From Podarcis liolepis (lineage: Eukaryota): a DNA stretch of 64,000 bases. Positions 25,501-39,105 of the stretch are shown in pieces. The stretch's first letter is position 1; each line of letters starts with the position of its first letter. The position numbers and the translations under genes are program-made. The stretch lies in assembly GCA_965112155.1 (NCBI GenBank), contig OZ218098.1; one strand, written 5' to 3'. Below the pieces are notes generated by a model that did not search any database, had not been told where the DNA came from, and saw nothing but the letters and a program-made list of their open reading frames with translations.

Positions 25501-28500
25501 TATATATTAATAGTGTGATGTTGAGCATTGCTGAGGATCTGTATCTTCTAATATATTCAGTAGAAAGAAAGGAATGGGCACCAGCTCCCCAATCAGTAAT
25601 TGCTTTCATGTCTGGAAATGAATATTGTTACACCGTGAATAGAGATAGCACTTTACTGAGCAAAAACAGGACGAGTTTTTATTGCCAATGTGTTTACAAT
25701 CCTCCAAATATATTGGGAACAGGGAAGGGGGACACAGCCATATGGAGAGATGAATGTGTGCAAGGTCACATCTGCACCATAGCACTATTGCACCACTTTA
25801 GCAGTCATGGATAATCCTGGGAGTTGTAGTTTATGGGTGCTGGGAACTGTAGCTCTGTGAGGTCAGCACCCTTAACAAGAGTGGTTTGATAGTGCTTTAA
25901 ACTGCATGTGGATGGAGTAAAGCCCATTGAATTCACTAGACGTCTTAATGAGTAGACATGTCAGAGATTTAAAATAGCGTGAAGGGGAAAGCCTTCAAAC
26001 AACATATGGATTTCTTCTAAATACCAGCTTTTGGTCCCAACCATATGATCAGGTGAAGTACCCCCCCCCCCAAAGTGCTATACTTCACTGTTCAGAATAG
26101 TGATTGAAAATTTATGCCAGAGGATTTTGGTAGCCTAAGGTTAGGTAAGGATAGGATAAGGATAAGGATAAGGATAAGGTAGCTTCTTAACACAAACAAT
26201 GATTTGTTGTATGGTTACTTAGTTAGCAAAGCCTATAATAAATAATCATATAAGAAGTCTAAAATATTAGAAACACAGCTTAGCCTTTTATTTAGTGTCT
26301 TAAACATTTAATTTTTTGAAGCTGGAGGAAACTCAAAAAACTAATATTCACTATGAAGAGGAATTAAAGCGTAGGAACTGGGAAGCATGTCAGGTGGTTC
26401 ACGAACGCCAAAAGCTAATGGACTGTCTTAATGAAGAAAGTGAGACAAAGAATAATCTGGTACTGGAACTTCACAAAGCAAGAGGTATGGAAATAAAAAA
26501 CCAAAATTTATTGTGTGGTACTAAAACTTTGCAGGGATCTAAAGCAGTTCTAAATGGTGGTTTGCACAGGGAATTTTCTCCTGCACTGAGCAGCCTGTTC
26601 AGCATATGAGCATGACCACAATTACATGGTGAAACAAAAGTCTACATATAGACACAGTGACATTCTAGATATCATGGCACCCTTTTTCCAGTTGCCATAA
26701 TTGTTTCCATTGAGGTTGTATATGTGTATAGTTCGGTTTCTGCTACTGTCTTTCTGTCTACCATCTTATCTGAAAGCCTGTCACATAGATATAGAACAAA
26801 AAACGCACACAGACTGCAATCCTATGCATACTTGACTGGGATTACCTCTCATTTAATATACTGGTACTTGTTTTCTAGAAAACATGTAATAGATGGTATT
26901 TACCCAAATATAAGCCACACTTTTTTTCCAAATTCCGACTGTGAAAGTTAAAATGCAGCTTATGTTCACAACCTTACGAATTAGCGGCGGGATGGAGAGC
27001 AGCGGGCGTTGAGGCTTGTCGAGCTGCCTCTTCGACAGAGAGGAGTGGAGAGCTATGCATTTGCACGTACGGGCCGCTCCCCTCTTGCGTTCGCTTTGGG
27101 CGGCGGGCAGCATGCCATTACAAGGATATCCCATCAGGCATGGATTGCAAGCTGGAGGCACAGCACATAGTCAGCATCTTGCTGCGCAAGATGTACAGTG
27201 TGTGGGGCCAGCGCAGCGTCGTCAAGCTGCACAGGAACCTCCTGGTGTTGCTCGTCTTGCGCGGTGCCTGGCAGGTCTACCTGAGCGAGTGATCTCATGG
27301 TCAATGGTATCAAAGGCCGCTGAGAGTTCCAGCAGAACTAGGAAACAGCTTTCGCTTTTATTCCCAGCCTGCCAGAGATCATCGACCCACGCAACCAAGG
27401 CAATTTCAGTCCCACGATGAAGCCTGAATCCCAATTGGAAGGGATCCAAATGGTCCGCATCCTCCAGGCGTGCCTGGAGTTGTTGAGCAACCACCTGCTC
27501 AGTCACCTTGCCCAAGAATGGAAGATTTGAGACTGGGCGATAGTTGGCCATACTGGCTGGTCTAAAGATGTTTTTTTAAGAAGAGGTTTAATAACTGCCT
27601 CTTTCAGCAGGTCAGGGAAGGCTCCCTCACAGAGGGAAGGGCAAAGGTGAGTGGTTAGAGGGAGAAGACTGGGAGGAGGAGGTGCTGGAAGCTGAAGAGG
27701 CAACAGGGCTCAGTGAGCTGAGAGAATTGGTGGCAGAGAAGAGTCCAGAATCGGAGGTGGAAACTGAAGCAGGAGAGTGGGAGGAGGGAGGCCAAGAGGC
27801 AAAGATGAGTCAGGCTGGTGAAGAGTCACACATGTCTCCCTCTGCTGCTGCGACAAGCTTCCCTCCCCCACCTCCCAGAACCAGAAGAGGCATGAAAAGG
27901 GTGGAGGAGAGGTTGGCCTCATGCAGGCACAGGATTTGATTGCTTGGAAAAAGCCCTGGAGAGGAGGGAATTTGGACGGCGGTGGGGAGGCAGGGACTTT
28001 TGGTCTTGGCAACTGATTCATGGGGTAAGGCTTCTGGGGATGAGCCACTGTTCTTATTAGGCCTGACACTCAGTGAAGTTTGTGGAGATCATGGTTTTGC
28101 TAAGAAAGAGTTAGCTCCAACTTTGAATCGTGTGATTTACTGCCAGCTAGCAGTAAAATTATTTTTATTGGAGTATCTGTAAATCTATAAGTCATGACAA
28201 CTTAAATAGCATATATTTTGCTTACATTATTTAGAGTTTGGGGGAGTGGGGACAAAGCCAATAAAAAAATATTACATACTAATTTGGCATACCTGAAGAG
28301 CTATTTACATAAATTTGGCCAGGTTCACATGTCACATATAACCATAGCTTGAAACAAACTGTTTTAATGTGAATTAGCAGCATGTTGGTTGATGCTGTTC
28401 AAAAGTTCCGTGACGCTCCTCCCACACTCCTTCTACTGCCACTACACAAACAACAGGAGCCAGAGTGTGGCTTATTGTGTCCAAAGGTGATTCTTCATTT

Positions 28501-31500
28501 CTCCCAAACAAACCCTGAGCAGTAGCCAAGCTCTGTTCTTCTACAGAGTTAGCTTAATATTGTATAAACAAAATATATCGGGAAAGTTAATCAGCTGTGT
28601 TTGGGGAAATTAGGGTTTATTTTCTCTGTTCTTTAACATCTTATTCTTTGCATAGTAAGTTTTCAATGAAAATAGATGTGTAACTGTTAATCTATTTTGG
28701 TATATTTATATATTCTTTGCAGTGTTGGTATAGTTATACATAGGTACTCCTACCTTGCATAAATGTCATCAGTGCCTGATCATTATGCTTTCATACAATG
28801 TTTGGATTTCAGGCCTCATTGAAGGCTATTTAACAGAAAGACATGCCTTGGAAGAAGCCTTGAAACTGAAAGAGGAGTCTGAATGCCATCTTGTTGCAGA
28901 ACTGGAGAACCTGAAAGCAAAGCTCCAAGAGTTAACTCAGGAACATGCAAGATCTCTTGAGGAGCAGAAGCTGCTAATAAGTCAAAAGAAAGCGTTGGCT
29001 GCCAATGTAGGGGAGAGAGAAGATGGTAAGGAATAGACTGATATATTAAAATATTAAACACACACAAATCCTGAATTGCTAAAATGTTTGAAAATTTCGC
29101 TAGGTGGAAAATTTCCACTGACTTAAAACATTTTAAAAGGGATTGCAGTTTTTAAGTATGTAAAGCAAAAGTTGGTATTATTTATTTAAGAAATTTATAC
29201 CCTGTTTTCACCTTCTGCCTCAAAGCAGCTTACAGCCAAAAGCACAGAACAAAATGCAATAGGTAACAGATTTCTGTTGGGTTGAAACACAGCACAAGAC
29301 AAGGAGAGGTCATCTATATGATAAGCAGAAAACTAAGATCCAGAGACCTTGGTAAATAAGTACGGTTTTCTCCTGGTGCCTGGTGTGCTTCCTTGGTGAA
29401 AGCATTCCCTAAACGGAGAGCCACCACTGAGAAGGTGCAGTTTTGTGTTGCCACCCTTTGCATGTCCTTTGGAGGGCCTCGGGTGAAGAATACAGAGTGG
29501 AGTGAGGCAGTTCTGGTATTGTGGTCCTGAGCTGCAAACGGGTTTATGAGTCAAAACCCACACTTTGAATAGGGCTCAGAAACTAATTGTTAGCCAGTGC
29601 AGCCATGCCAGAATCAGTTTTATGTGATGCTCAGTTATGCTACTGAATTATACACCAGCTGCAGTTTCTGAACAGTCTTCAAAGTCAGCCCCCCATATAA
29701 CACATTGCAGTAATCTGATTCAGTGGTTTCCAGAGCATAGACAACCAAAGTTAAGGGTATAGCTAGGTCACCAAATGAAGCTGATGGAAAACAGGTCGCA
29801 CCACTAAGGCCAATTGAACCTTGATGGATCCAGAACATACCCCCAGTCTGCACACCTTCAGAGGGAGTGTAATTGTATCTGGAACAGGCCATGTCCCACC
29901 CATCCAATATAGGGAACCACCCACCCATAGTGTTGTATTCTTATCTAGTTTTAAGCTTCAGTTTATTAGTTCTCATCCAGTCCATTAGTGAGGCCAGACA
30001 CTGGTTTTGTACATCCACTGCCACACCTGCAGATGCAAGGGAGAAAAAGAGCCATGAGTCATAAGCATATTACTGACAATGCATACCAAAACTACAGATG
30101 ACCACTCAGCAGTTTCATGTAGGTGTTAAACAGCATGGGGCAGAAAACCAAAGCACAGAAGGCCCATCGGGCCAAGCAAAACTCCATAAGCACCACCTTC
30201 TGGCACCGGTCACCCAAGTAGGACTGGAATCAGCACAAAGCATCGCCCCCATTTTCAATTCAGATAGCCTCTCAGAAGAATACCATGGTTAATGCTATGG
30301 AAAGCTTCTGCGAGACCAAGGAGAATCAACAGAGACACCCTTCTCTTCTGACAAAGGTCATCTTACAGGCCAAGACTACTTCTGCACTTTTGTTCTAGCT
30401 TGCCATGGGCAGGGCTGTTGTTGTTTAGTCGTGTCCGACTCTTTGAGACCCCATGGACCAGAGCACGCCAGGCACTCCTGTCTTCCACTGCTTCCCGCAG
30501 TTTGGGGTCAAACTCATGGGCAGGACTCTGGCAGAAATGACTGGCAGAATTCGAGACCTGGGAGAAGAGACAGTGGAAGAGGACTGGAAAAAGTTTAAGG
30601 ACTATTTACAAAAACATTATAAACTGTATGAATGCTAAGAAGATGCAGGATAGAAAACAACATGGCATCAGCAATTTAGTTGAAAGACATATGAGAATAA
30701 GTGATGTTTAAGAAAAAGATGAAATTTGGTGCAATATTATGTTTAAATTAAGTAGTTAAGTATTTGATAAAAATATTTGAAGTCGGAGACATAATATTTG
30801 AAAATTACAAAATAAGAATTGAAATAAGGTAATAAATTGCTGCTTATAATTTTATAATTGGGAACGCAGGAAAGGGAGATGTGAGGAAGTCCAAAAGGTT
30901 ATGGAAATATGATTTACGGACAGTTGTTCTCGTTGTATTTTTTCTATTCTATGTTTATCTTTGTGTTTTTTTCTGTTCTTCTTTGTTTGTTATAACTTGG
31001 TGATGGTATCTTATATGTTTGGTGATTTTTTGTTTAAAACCCTCAATAAATATCTTTTTTTTAAAATAAAAAAAAACAACTCATGGGCAGGACTGAGGAG
31101 GGAGCTAAAGCAAGGAGAGTTCCAGCGAATAAGATCAGTCATATTTTGTTCCTTTTTAATTTTAAAATAATGTGTGATATTCATATCTTTGGTAATGTTA
31201 TTTTTTATGTATTAGTTTTACTCAAGGAAATCGAACATCTAGCAAAAGCAAAGTTAGAACTGCAATGTCAAGTAGAAAAGGACTGTTCCACCTTGAATTC
31301 TCAAATGAAAATCTTGGAGATGGAACTTGAAGAACAACTAAACAAAAATCAGAAGATAACAGCCCTGTCGTTAGAGGTTACTGACCTGAGGCAACAGATT
31401 CAAGCCCTTGAAAGACAGCTTAAAAACCAGCGAGATTTCATGGATGTAAGAAACCAATGCATTCTTTGCAATCTGGACAAAATAGCACTAAATCTTTCAG

Positions 31501-34500
31501 TTAAAAGTCTCAGTAGCCTTTAAACAGTTCTTGTAAATTCTAAGATCTGGAAACACAACTCTTATTTTCTTGACAGAAACAAGCTGTGGAACGGGAACAT
31601 GAACGGGATGAATTTCAGGAAGAAATTCATAAACTTGAAATGCAGTTAAAAGTGACAAGAAAATCCCAGATGTCTGATCAGTCCAGAGTGTATGAGGTAG
31701 GTAAAACATACATTCTTCAAGGATGGATCATCTGAACTAGGGCAACTTTGAAAAAGCTGATTATTTTTCAGTGTTACATTGACCAGACCAACCCAGAAAA
31801 AGTATTACAATCTTTAAGACCCCACCAAGCTGGCAGCTAGCTTGTGTCAATGTACTGTGTCAATGTATCCTAGACAACATCCTGTGTACATCCCATAATA
31901 AATCTCCAAGCCACTTTCCCTGGAGCCATGGCAACACTGCTTAATGCATCCACTGTCATGCATGGACTGAGCCAATCCAAACATAGCAGGAAAGAGCCTC
32001 CATGGCGTCACCACACTATATCCCCCACACATCCCACTAAGCTTGTGTCCATAATATCTTGGACGTCAGCCTCCTACAGGGACCAAAAGCCCAGCAACAG
32101 AGAGCTTTCTGGAATCCTAGCATGATGGATTTTGAATCCCCATAAGCTACTAATGACACACAGATTGCTAATGAATACTTTGCTAACTTCACCATTTAAA
32201 GGGAAGGAATGATGGTGGTATAGCAAATTATCACTATAGCTCTCTTGGAAGGAGATCTTCACAGTAAACACAAAGGTCGTGGTGTGGCCAAGGATTCAAG
32301 GCCACTGAAGTGTGCAACCGGGTCCATCTGAGGGGCGGGCAACAAGGGAAACTAACTTACACATACATTCTTTGCTCATCATACTGTTTTTCAGTATTGG
32401 CAAGAAGTTACTGGGGCAATTCTTAGTTTATTATTATTTATTAAATTTCTGTACTACCCTTCAACTGAGGATCACAGGGGAGTTTACTATATTAAATCAC
32501 AAAAATGCATACCATAGTAACAAACCAAAATAAGGACACACACCCAGTTTAAAAAGCCAAAGGTTGTTTAATTAGCCAAAGGCCTGGAAGAAGAGGAATG
32601 TTTTTGCCTGGCATCTAAATATATGTAATGAAGGCAGCAAGCGAGTCTCTCTGGGGAGAGCATTCTACAAGTATGCAGCCATTGCAGAAAAGGCCCGTTC
32701 TCGTGTTGCTTCCCTCTGGACTTCTCATAGAAGGGGCACAGAAAGACAGGCTTCAGGTGACGATCACAGGGTCCAACTCGCTTCATATGAGGAGAGGTGG
32801 TTCTTGTGGTTTTGCGGTCCTGAGCCATTTAAGGCTTTATAGTTCAAAACCAGCACTTTGCATTGGGCTCAGAAAATGATTGACAGCCAGTGCAGTCAGG
32901 GCAGGATCGGTATGATAATGCTCAAACCATCTTGCTCCATTGAGCAACCTGGCTGCTGAATTCTGCACCACCTGAAGTTTCCGAACCATCTTCAGAGGCA
33001 GCATCGTGTACAACTCATTGCAATAATCTAATCTAGAGGTTACCAGAGCATAGGCAACAGAAGTTAGGCTATCCCTGTCCAGATAGGAGCTTTGAAGCAA
33101 ATTATAATGATTTGCATAAATGTGGTAGGGGTGTATTAACTATTAGATTAATTCGCTTATTTTTCAAACGGCATGAAATCTTTTTGTTTTCCATTCTTAT
33201 AGGTAGAGACTCTTCACAATGAAATAAAAGAGAAAACAGAGGATTATAATATGCTTTTCTTAGATAAAGAGCAGATACAGAAAAACCTTGCTGTTCAAAA
33301 AGAAGAAATAGAAAAGCTGGAATCACGAGTCAGAGAACTGGAGTTTATGAACAGGGAAGAAGCAGAGAATGTCAATAAACTCACGCAAGAGCTGCAAAAA
33401 AAGGAAAAAAAGGAAGCGGAACTAAAACAAGTAAATTTATGTAAATTACTCTCTTTAACAGAAAGAAGAATTTAGGCATTACATAGGAGTGATAGCTGGC
33501 ATTTTTGTGTTGTGAGTTTCTAATGATGTGGGATTTTGTAGTCTTAAAGACACTAGGGCATTCTGCACCAAGAAGTATGTTTTCTCCAAAGAAATATTTG
33601 GCTATACTGGGATGCACCTTCCATGTCCTGTCTGTGTCTTTTTTCTGCCTCTGGGCTGAGCATTCTCAGGTCTCTGATCTGCTTGGTTGGTTTAATCCTG
33701 TTCAAGTGAAGTTTGAAGGCTAGGTTGAAGAAGATGAAATAAATACAGCCACCAATCTCGGCTCTTGCCCTTGGCTCTTAGGTGCCCATAAGAAACCTGT
33801 CTTAGCCTCTTGCCAGAATGCTAAGAAGATGGAGGAGGGTGAGTAGTGTCTTGGGCTCATCACCATGACTATAGCTGAGGCCTGAGGGATGGCCCAGCCT
33901 GCAGTGCGAGTTCTAAACCTTTCACTGCTCATTCACAGGTTGTGTGACTGAACCCTTTCCTGTTTTCCCCACAGTGATTTACCCTCTTGTGTATGGCCTC
34001 CTTCCTTTAGCCCAGTGGCCATTTGTGGAATCTAACTGCTGGAAGAGATGTGCTGAGGTGGTAGGAATTGTCACCATGGACCTCTGGGGGTCAACTTTTC
34101 AGATGGCACTGCGTTCTAAGGCTGTGGCAACTGTGGTTGCTCCACTCATGGCCCTCTCTGTCCTACCTTAAATCTCATTCTCAACTTTCTTTGCTGTCTG
34201 TGGAGATTGTGAAAATGTCCTGTCTATCTTCATTTGTTCCCGCTGCTGGGTTTGCTGCTGCCTCTGCTGGCCTCTTCACTGATTCAGCCTGGGGCTGAAT
34301 TTTCAGGCTATCTTCTTCTACCAGTGTCTGATCTAGAGAGGTATGGCAGTCTGGATTGATCCTAGCTACCTCCCAACAATGTGGTTTTTACCTGTGTTGT
34401 GACTGATTGACAAGTAAAAAAAAATCCCTCTAGAAGCTGATGATTCATTTTCTTAACAATTGTTAATTCTTTTGTAAAGGATTATTTGATCTTGTGAAGG

Positions 34501-37500
34501 CTTACTGTGCTGTTTGCCACCTCTTCTATTTCTGATCTTTTTCTCCTTTCATGGGACCTATTTCTCCCCAAAAGGGCATATTGTATCCAAAGGTCATACA
34601 AGCAGAAGGGGGCCTGTGTGACAACATTTCCCTATTACTATAGTCCCCTGAAGGCCTATCTCCATCTGTGCAGAATTGAGCTGGTGGTCCACTGCAATAG
34701 GGAGGCTTTTAATGTTTGATGTTCTATTCTGCTTTTATATTTGTTGGAAGCCACCCAGAGTGGCTGGGGTAGCCCAGTCAGATGGGCAGTGCTAAAAGCA
34801 ACTTACATTTTGGTCAGCCAAAAGTTTCCAGCCCTGGCCTTGCTTTGCTCTCTGCCACAGTGACTTTTCAAAGCCACGGCTGTGCCTGTACAGTGGTGCC
34901 TAGCCCCTAATATCTGCTTGTTGCTAAATAGCAGGGGTGCACTGAAGTCCTACCCTGCTTTACTGGTTTTAGGGAGACTTGTCTGTCCTTCATAGTCCTA
35001 GAGGCAGTGACAGCTTTGCTCTGGCTTCTGGAAGAAATGGCTTGCATGGGAAGAGGTCCTGATACTTGACTTCCTTTGATTTAACATCAAATAAACCATG
35101 GATGAATTGGAACATTAGTAACGTTTTTTGTTTCAGGGCCAGTGATATAAATGGAGATTGCAGAACAGCAAAGACAGCCTGTGGTAAATTCAAATGATAA
35201 AAAACTAATCTTGCCATTGATTTATAATAGGCTTTGTCACATGTTAGCAATCAAAATAGTCTGAAGGTACTATTACTTACATATATGATGTTTGTGTTTA
35301 TATTTACAGGATAAAGAAGCATTACAGCAGCAGCAGTATGATAATTTAATTCAGATTTCTACACTGCAATCCAAATTGGATGAAATCAGGCACAGAGTAC
35401 CTAGGGAAGACAGCTTGGATCATACACTAGTGGAACAATCGAAAACACAAGAGGAACTTTTATCAAAAAATAGAAATGTAAGTTGCAATGAGAATAATAC
35501 AAGGGCCAATTGATTTTTAAAAATCTTGATCCTCATATTGACTGTTTCCGGGTTGAAACTATAATAGAAGTTCAAAAATCTATTTTAAGAATGTAGGTTA
35601 TAAATGAATAGTTACCTCTACTGATTTCTCTCTCCCCCCCCCCCCGCCCCTTTAACCTTTGTGGTATTTGAAATCTTACAATGTTTTTGAAAGAAAGCTG
35701 CAGGATAGCTGTCAGGCTCGGGAAATTCTATCCCTCCCCCGGCGGCAGCTTGAAGCAGGAAAAAACAAAGAGAGTTCTTAGTAATGAGTTTATTCAATCA
35801 TCATGGTGAGAAGCAAAGAAATCCAGTCAGTCTCCCATAATGGCATTGTTGCAACTGAGCTCCTCCCTTCCTAGCAACAGCACTTCCCCTTATGGTGGCC
35901 ACCAAGGGCTAATTGTCTCTGCAAGGGCTAATTGCTCTAGCACCCTCAATGAACGAAGAGTTTAGGAGAAGGGGGGTCAAATACTTTCCAGTGATAACGT
36001 GTCAGTTGGCTCCCCTGGGTCTGGCTCTCCCCTCTCCCAACACCTCCCAACTTTTCTGTTCATCTTTCTTTGTGCTGTGACCTTTGTCAAGCCACTGCTG
36101 TAATTCAATACTCCCTTCCTCTTCTCTAGGAGCGTCAGGAGAACCGGGGGGGGGGGGGTGATCTCCACCATTCCTCCTCCCTTTCAGTCCAGTCCCTGAC
36201 AATAGCACTTGCTAGCTGCATTGAATTCCCAGTTCAATGCTGTGAGTTTCATACGATTACTGCAGGTGCTGGAAAATGGTTGTATAGTTGCAACAGGCTC
36301 CTTGGGCCATTTTGTGTTGAATATAAATTCCTCTCAAATTCTTGGCATTTTTATGCTCTCCAGTAATACATAATGGCTATTCATCTGATCCTCACCCACC
36401 CCCACATTATTTATATCTGTGTAGTTTATTCTCCCATTATTTTCCATGTTACTGGAAAGTATGTGGGGCTCTAATGAATTCCTATACTGAACCAATCTTT
36501 TTATACTCAAGATACCAACAGACTTACAAAGACCCTGCTCAGGGTATCCTGGGCTCTAGCCTTATTGGCAGATGATGCATTATATGTTGTTCAGTTCTCT
36601 TCTAGATCCCTGGTAGCCAGTTCCTTTGTTCGCCACTCTCTTTAGTTTCACCACTGAGAGACAGATGTGCTTTCTTGTTCCAATTTGGTCACGGAGCCAT
36701 GTGTTGGGGGCAAACTATTTGGTGATGAAGCTGTGAAGGATGTCCTATCCTAGTATAAGCCAAAAATAAGTATGCCTATTAAAAAGCAGAACAGAGTTCC
36801 TTTCATCCTTCGCGGTCCTTTTGGGTTCCTAGGCCTGGTGGTAGGGAGAGAGAGTTTTGGTCCAACGTCCCTCCTGAAATTGGTTATGAGGTGGAGGACA
36901 AGGGCAACAGCAGTCTGCTTCTAGATTTGCTTCTTTCCTTCTGCAATCCTGCTGCCACCCTGCCATAGGATGGTCTTTCATGCACTTCACCTTGAGTTAT
37001 CTGAGGTTCCCCCCACATATGTTTCCTGTCTCCCATTTTCAAGAATCCAGTAAAGAAGGCTGGTGTGAAGCAAGCAACCCAACAGTTCCAGGACATTGAA
37101 GCAGTGGAGCTAGTTCCACTCAGGGATCTCTGTTCTAACATTTATTCTTCTTTACTGTGCCCAAGAAAGATGGCTATCTCTGGGTGGTATTGGATCTCAA
37201 GCATATCAACTTGTTCATTTGTTACCAATCAAAATCATTTAGTTCTTAGGATCAGCCATCATAATAATATCATGTGATTACATAGAACCATTTTAAGTGT
37301 CTTTCATTATTAAGACTTTGGTTAATTTCCCTATTCATTAAATGTCTCCCAATATCCTCTTTCATCTTTCTGTATAATGCAAAATTAATGATAATTGCTG
37401 TACCTTTCCCATTCTCTTTTCATGCATACAGTGGCCACCATAGATTCTAACAGTTTATTCTTTTCAGCATTCTGGAATGGGCATTTACTATGTGCAATAC

Positions 37501-39049
37501 TAGTTATGTAAAAAAAGTAGACAGGCCCAGGCCTATTCAGTTTAGCTAGGCCGTAGGCTCAAAGGAAATGGAATCATTAGTGATAAAGTTTTATGAAATT
37601 ATTATATTTCCATCACAGGTACTTGAAATTGAAGACTTGAAGTCTGTTATAGAGCATCTTCATGATGACAAGGAACAATTGCTAAAGGATAAAACAGAAG
37701 AAATAGAGCAGCTGTACAAAGTAATTGAGAAGCTTCAAAATGAATTGACTCTTCATGAAATTCGTGATAGCCCAGGCAATTTTAATAATGTTGCTCTAGA
37801 AGAGCAGGAGGAGAACCTTCATAATAAATTGAAGAAAGGATCACCACATCATCTGGAGAGCAGAGATGAGGGTGACAGCTGTCTGTTACTTAATTCCAGC
37901 CAGAAACAGATTCTGGAACAACTAGAAAGTCTTTTGGCAGACAGAGAAACCTGGCAACAGCTGCTTGAAGAAAAAGAATGTCAGTTTCAAGCAAAGATAA
38001 AAAACCTAGAACAAAATGTTCAAGAGTCCTCTAGGCATCACTTCACTGAGCTAGCCGCTTTACAGCTACAGTATAAAGAATTACAGGAAGAACATAAGCT
38101 CCTGAACATGTGCTTAGCTGAAAAAGAAAGTGACATGACTGTGACTGCTGCTTGCATTCAGGAACTTAAAGATAAGCTGCGAGACAGCGAAATAAAGCTT
38201 ACAGAGACAGAAAAACAGTTCCAAGCAGTGTCAGAGCAGAAAACAGAGCTGGTAGTTGAAGCAGAGAACATACGAGGAAAGGTGCTGCTGCTTGAAAATG
38301 AACGACATGTCTTGGCACAAACACTGCATGACAAAGAGGCCACTTATCAGAGGGAGATTAGTGAACTTCAAACTGCTGCTGCAGAACTCAAATCTCAGAT
38401 TGAGAAAATGACAGAAGAACTGGAAACAGTGAGATCTGAGAAAAAAAATTTTCACTCACAGTTGAAATCCTACAGGGAAAAGGGTCAAGATAATGATAAT
38501 AAGAAACTTAAACTTGGTGAGCTGGTGCCAGAACCCGTTCCCTACGTTTCTTCTGAAGAAATTGAGGAAGGGGGAGAAGATAACAAGCCCTCAGGATCAG
38601 TGGAATTTTCTTACAGAGATGAAATGGTATGTGCCAACCATAATATTATAAATACCCAAATAATGGTTGAAATTAATAATCAGGATATTAAAATGAGTCT
38701 GGTTAAGAGATGTCCAGATGTGTCACCGTCAATAAATTATTGGTTTCCTCCAGATAAGCAATTTTAAGTTGTTCTGTTTTGTCCTCCTAAAGAGCAGGGC
38801 TGACATGTCTTGAGCAGGACCTCCTGGTCTCTTAGCTGAACACACAAGCCAGGGTACATTGGAGTCCATGCTGCTGTTCCCATCTTCCTAACTAGGTCTT
38901 TGGTGAGCAGTAATAATTCAGGCTGAGCCCACCATCCAAGAGGGAGAAATAGTGGAAATCAGATGGGAGAACCTTCTGCAAACCTGGGGAAAATAGAAAT
39001 ATACCATTGGAGATACTCTTCTTGCCTGTGTGTGCAAAAACAAAGTGGG

Positions 39050-39105
<56 letters not shown>

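Noticed and set aside
33600-34400. Possible decayed retroelement or coding fragment on the minus strand
   Set aside because: No recognisable motif could be read; left unclassified
37187-37201. VLDLK peptide resembling the start of the missing human PCNT exon
   Set aside because: It is part of the DIRS-type RT motif and has no acceptor; the match is coincidental
38516-38616. Alternative donor G|gtgagc and acceptor ttacag inside exon 18 (a mini-intron)
   Set aside because: Using them shifts the frame into a stop; the donor at 38626 keeps phase with exon 19
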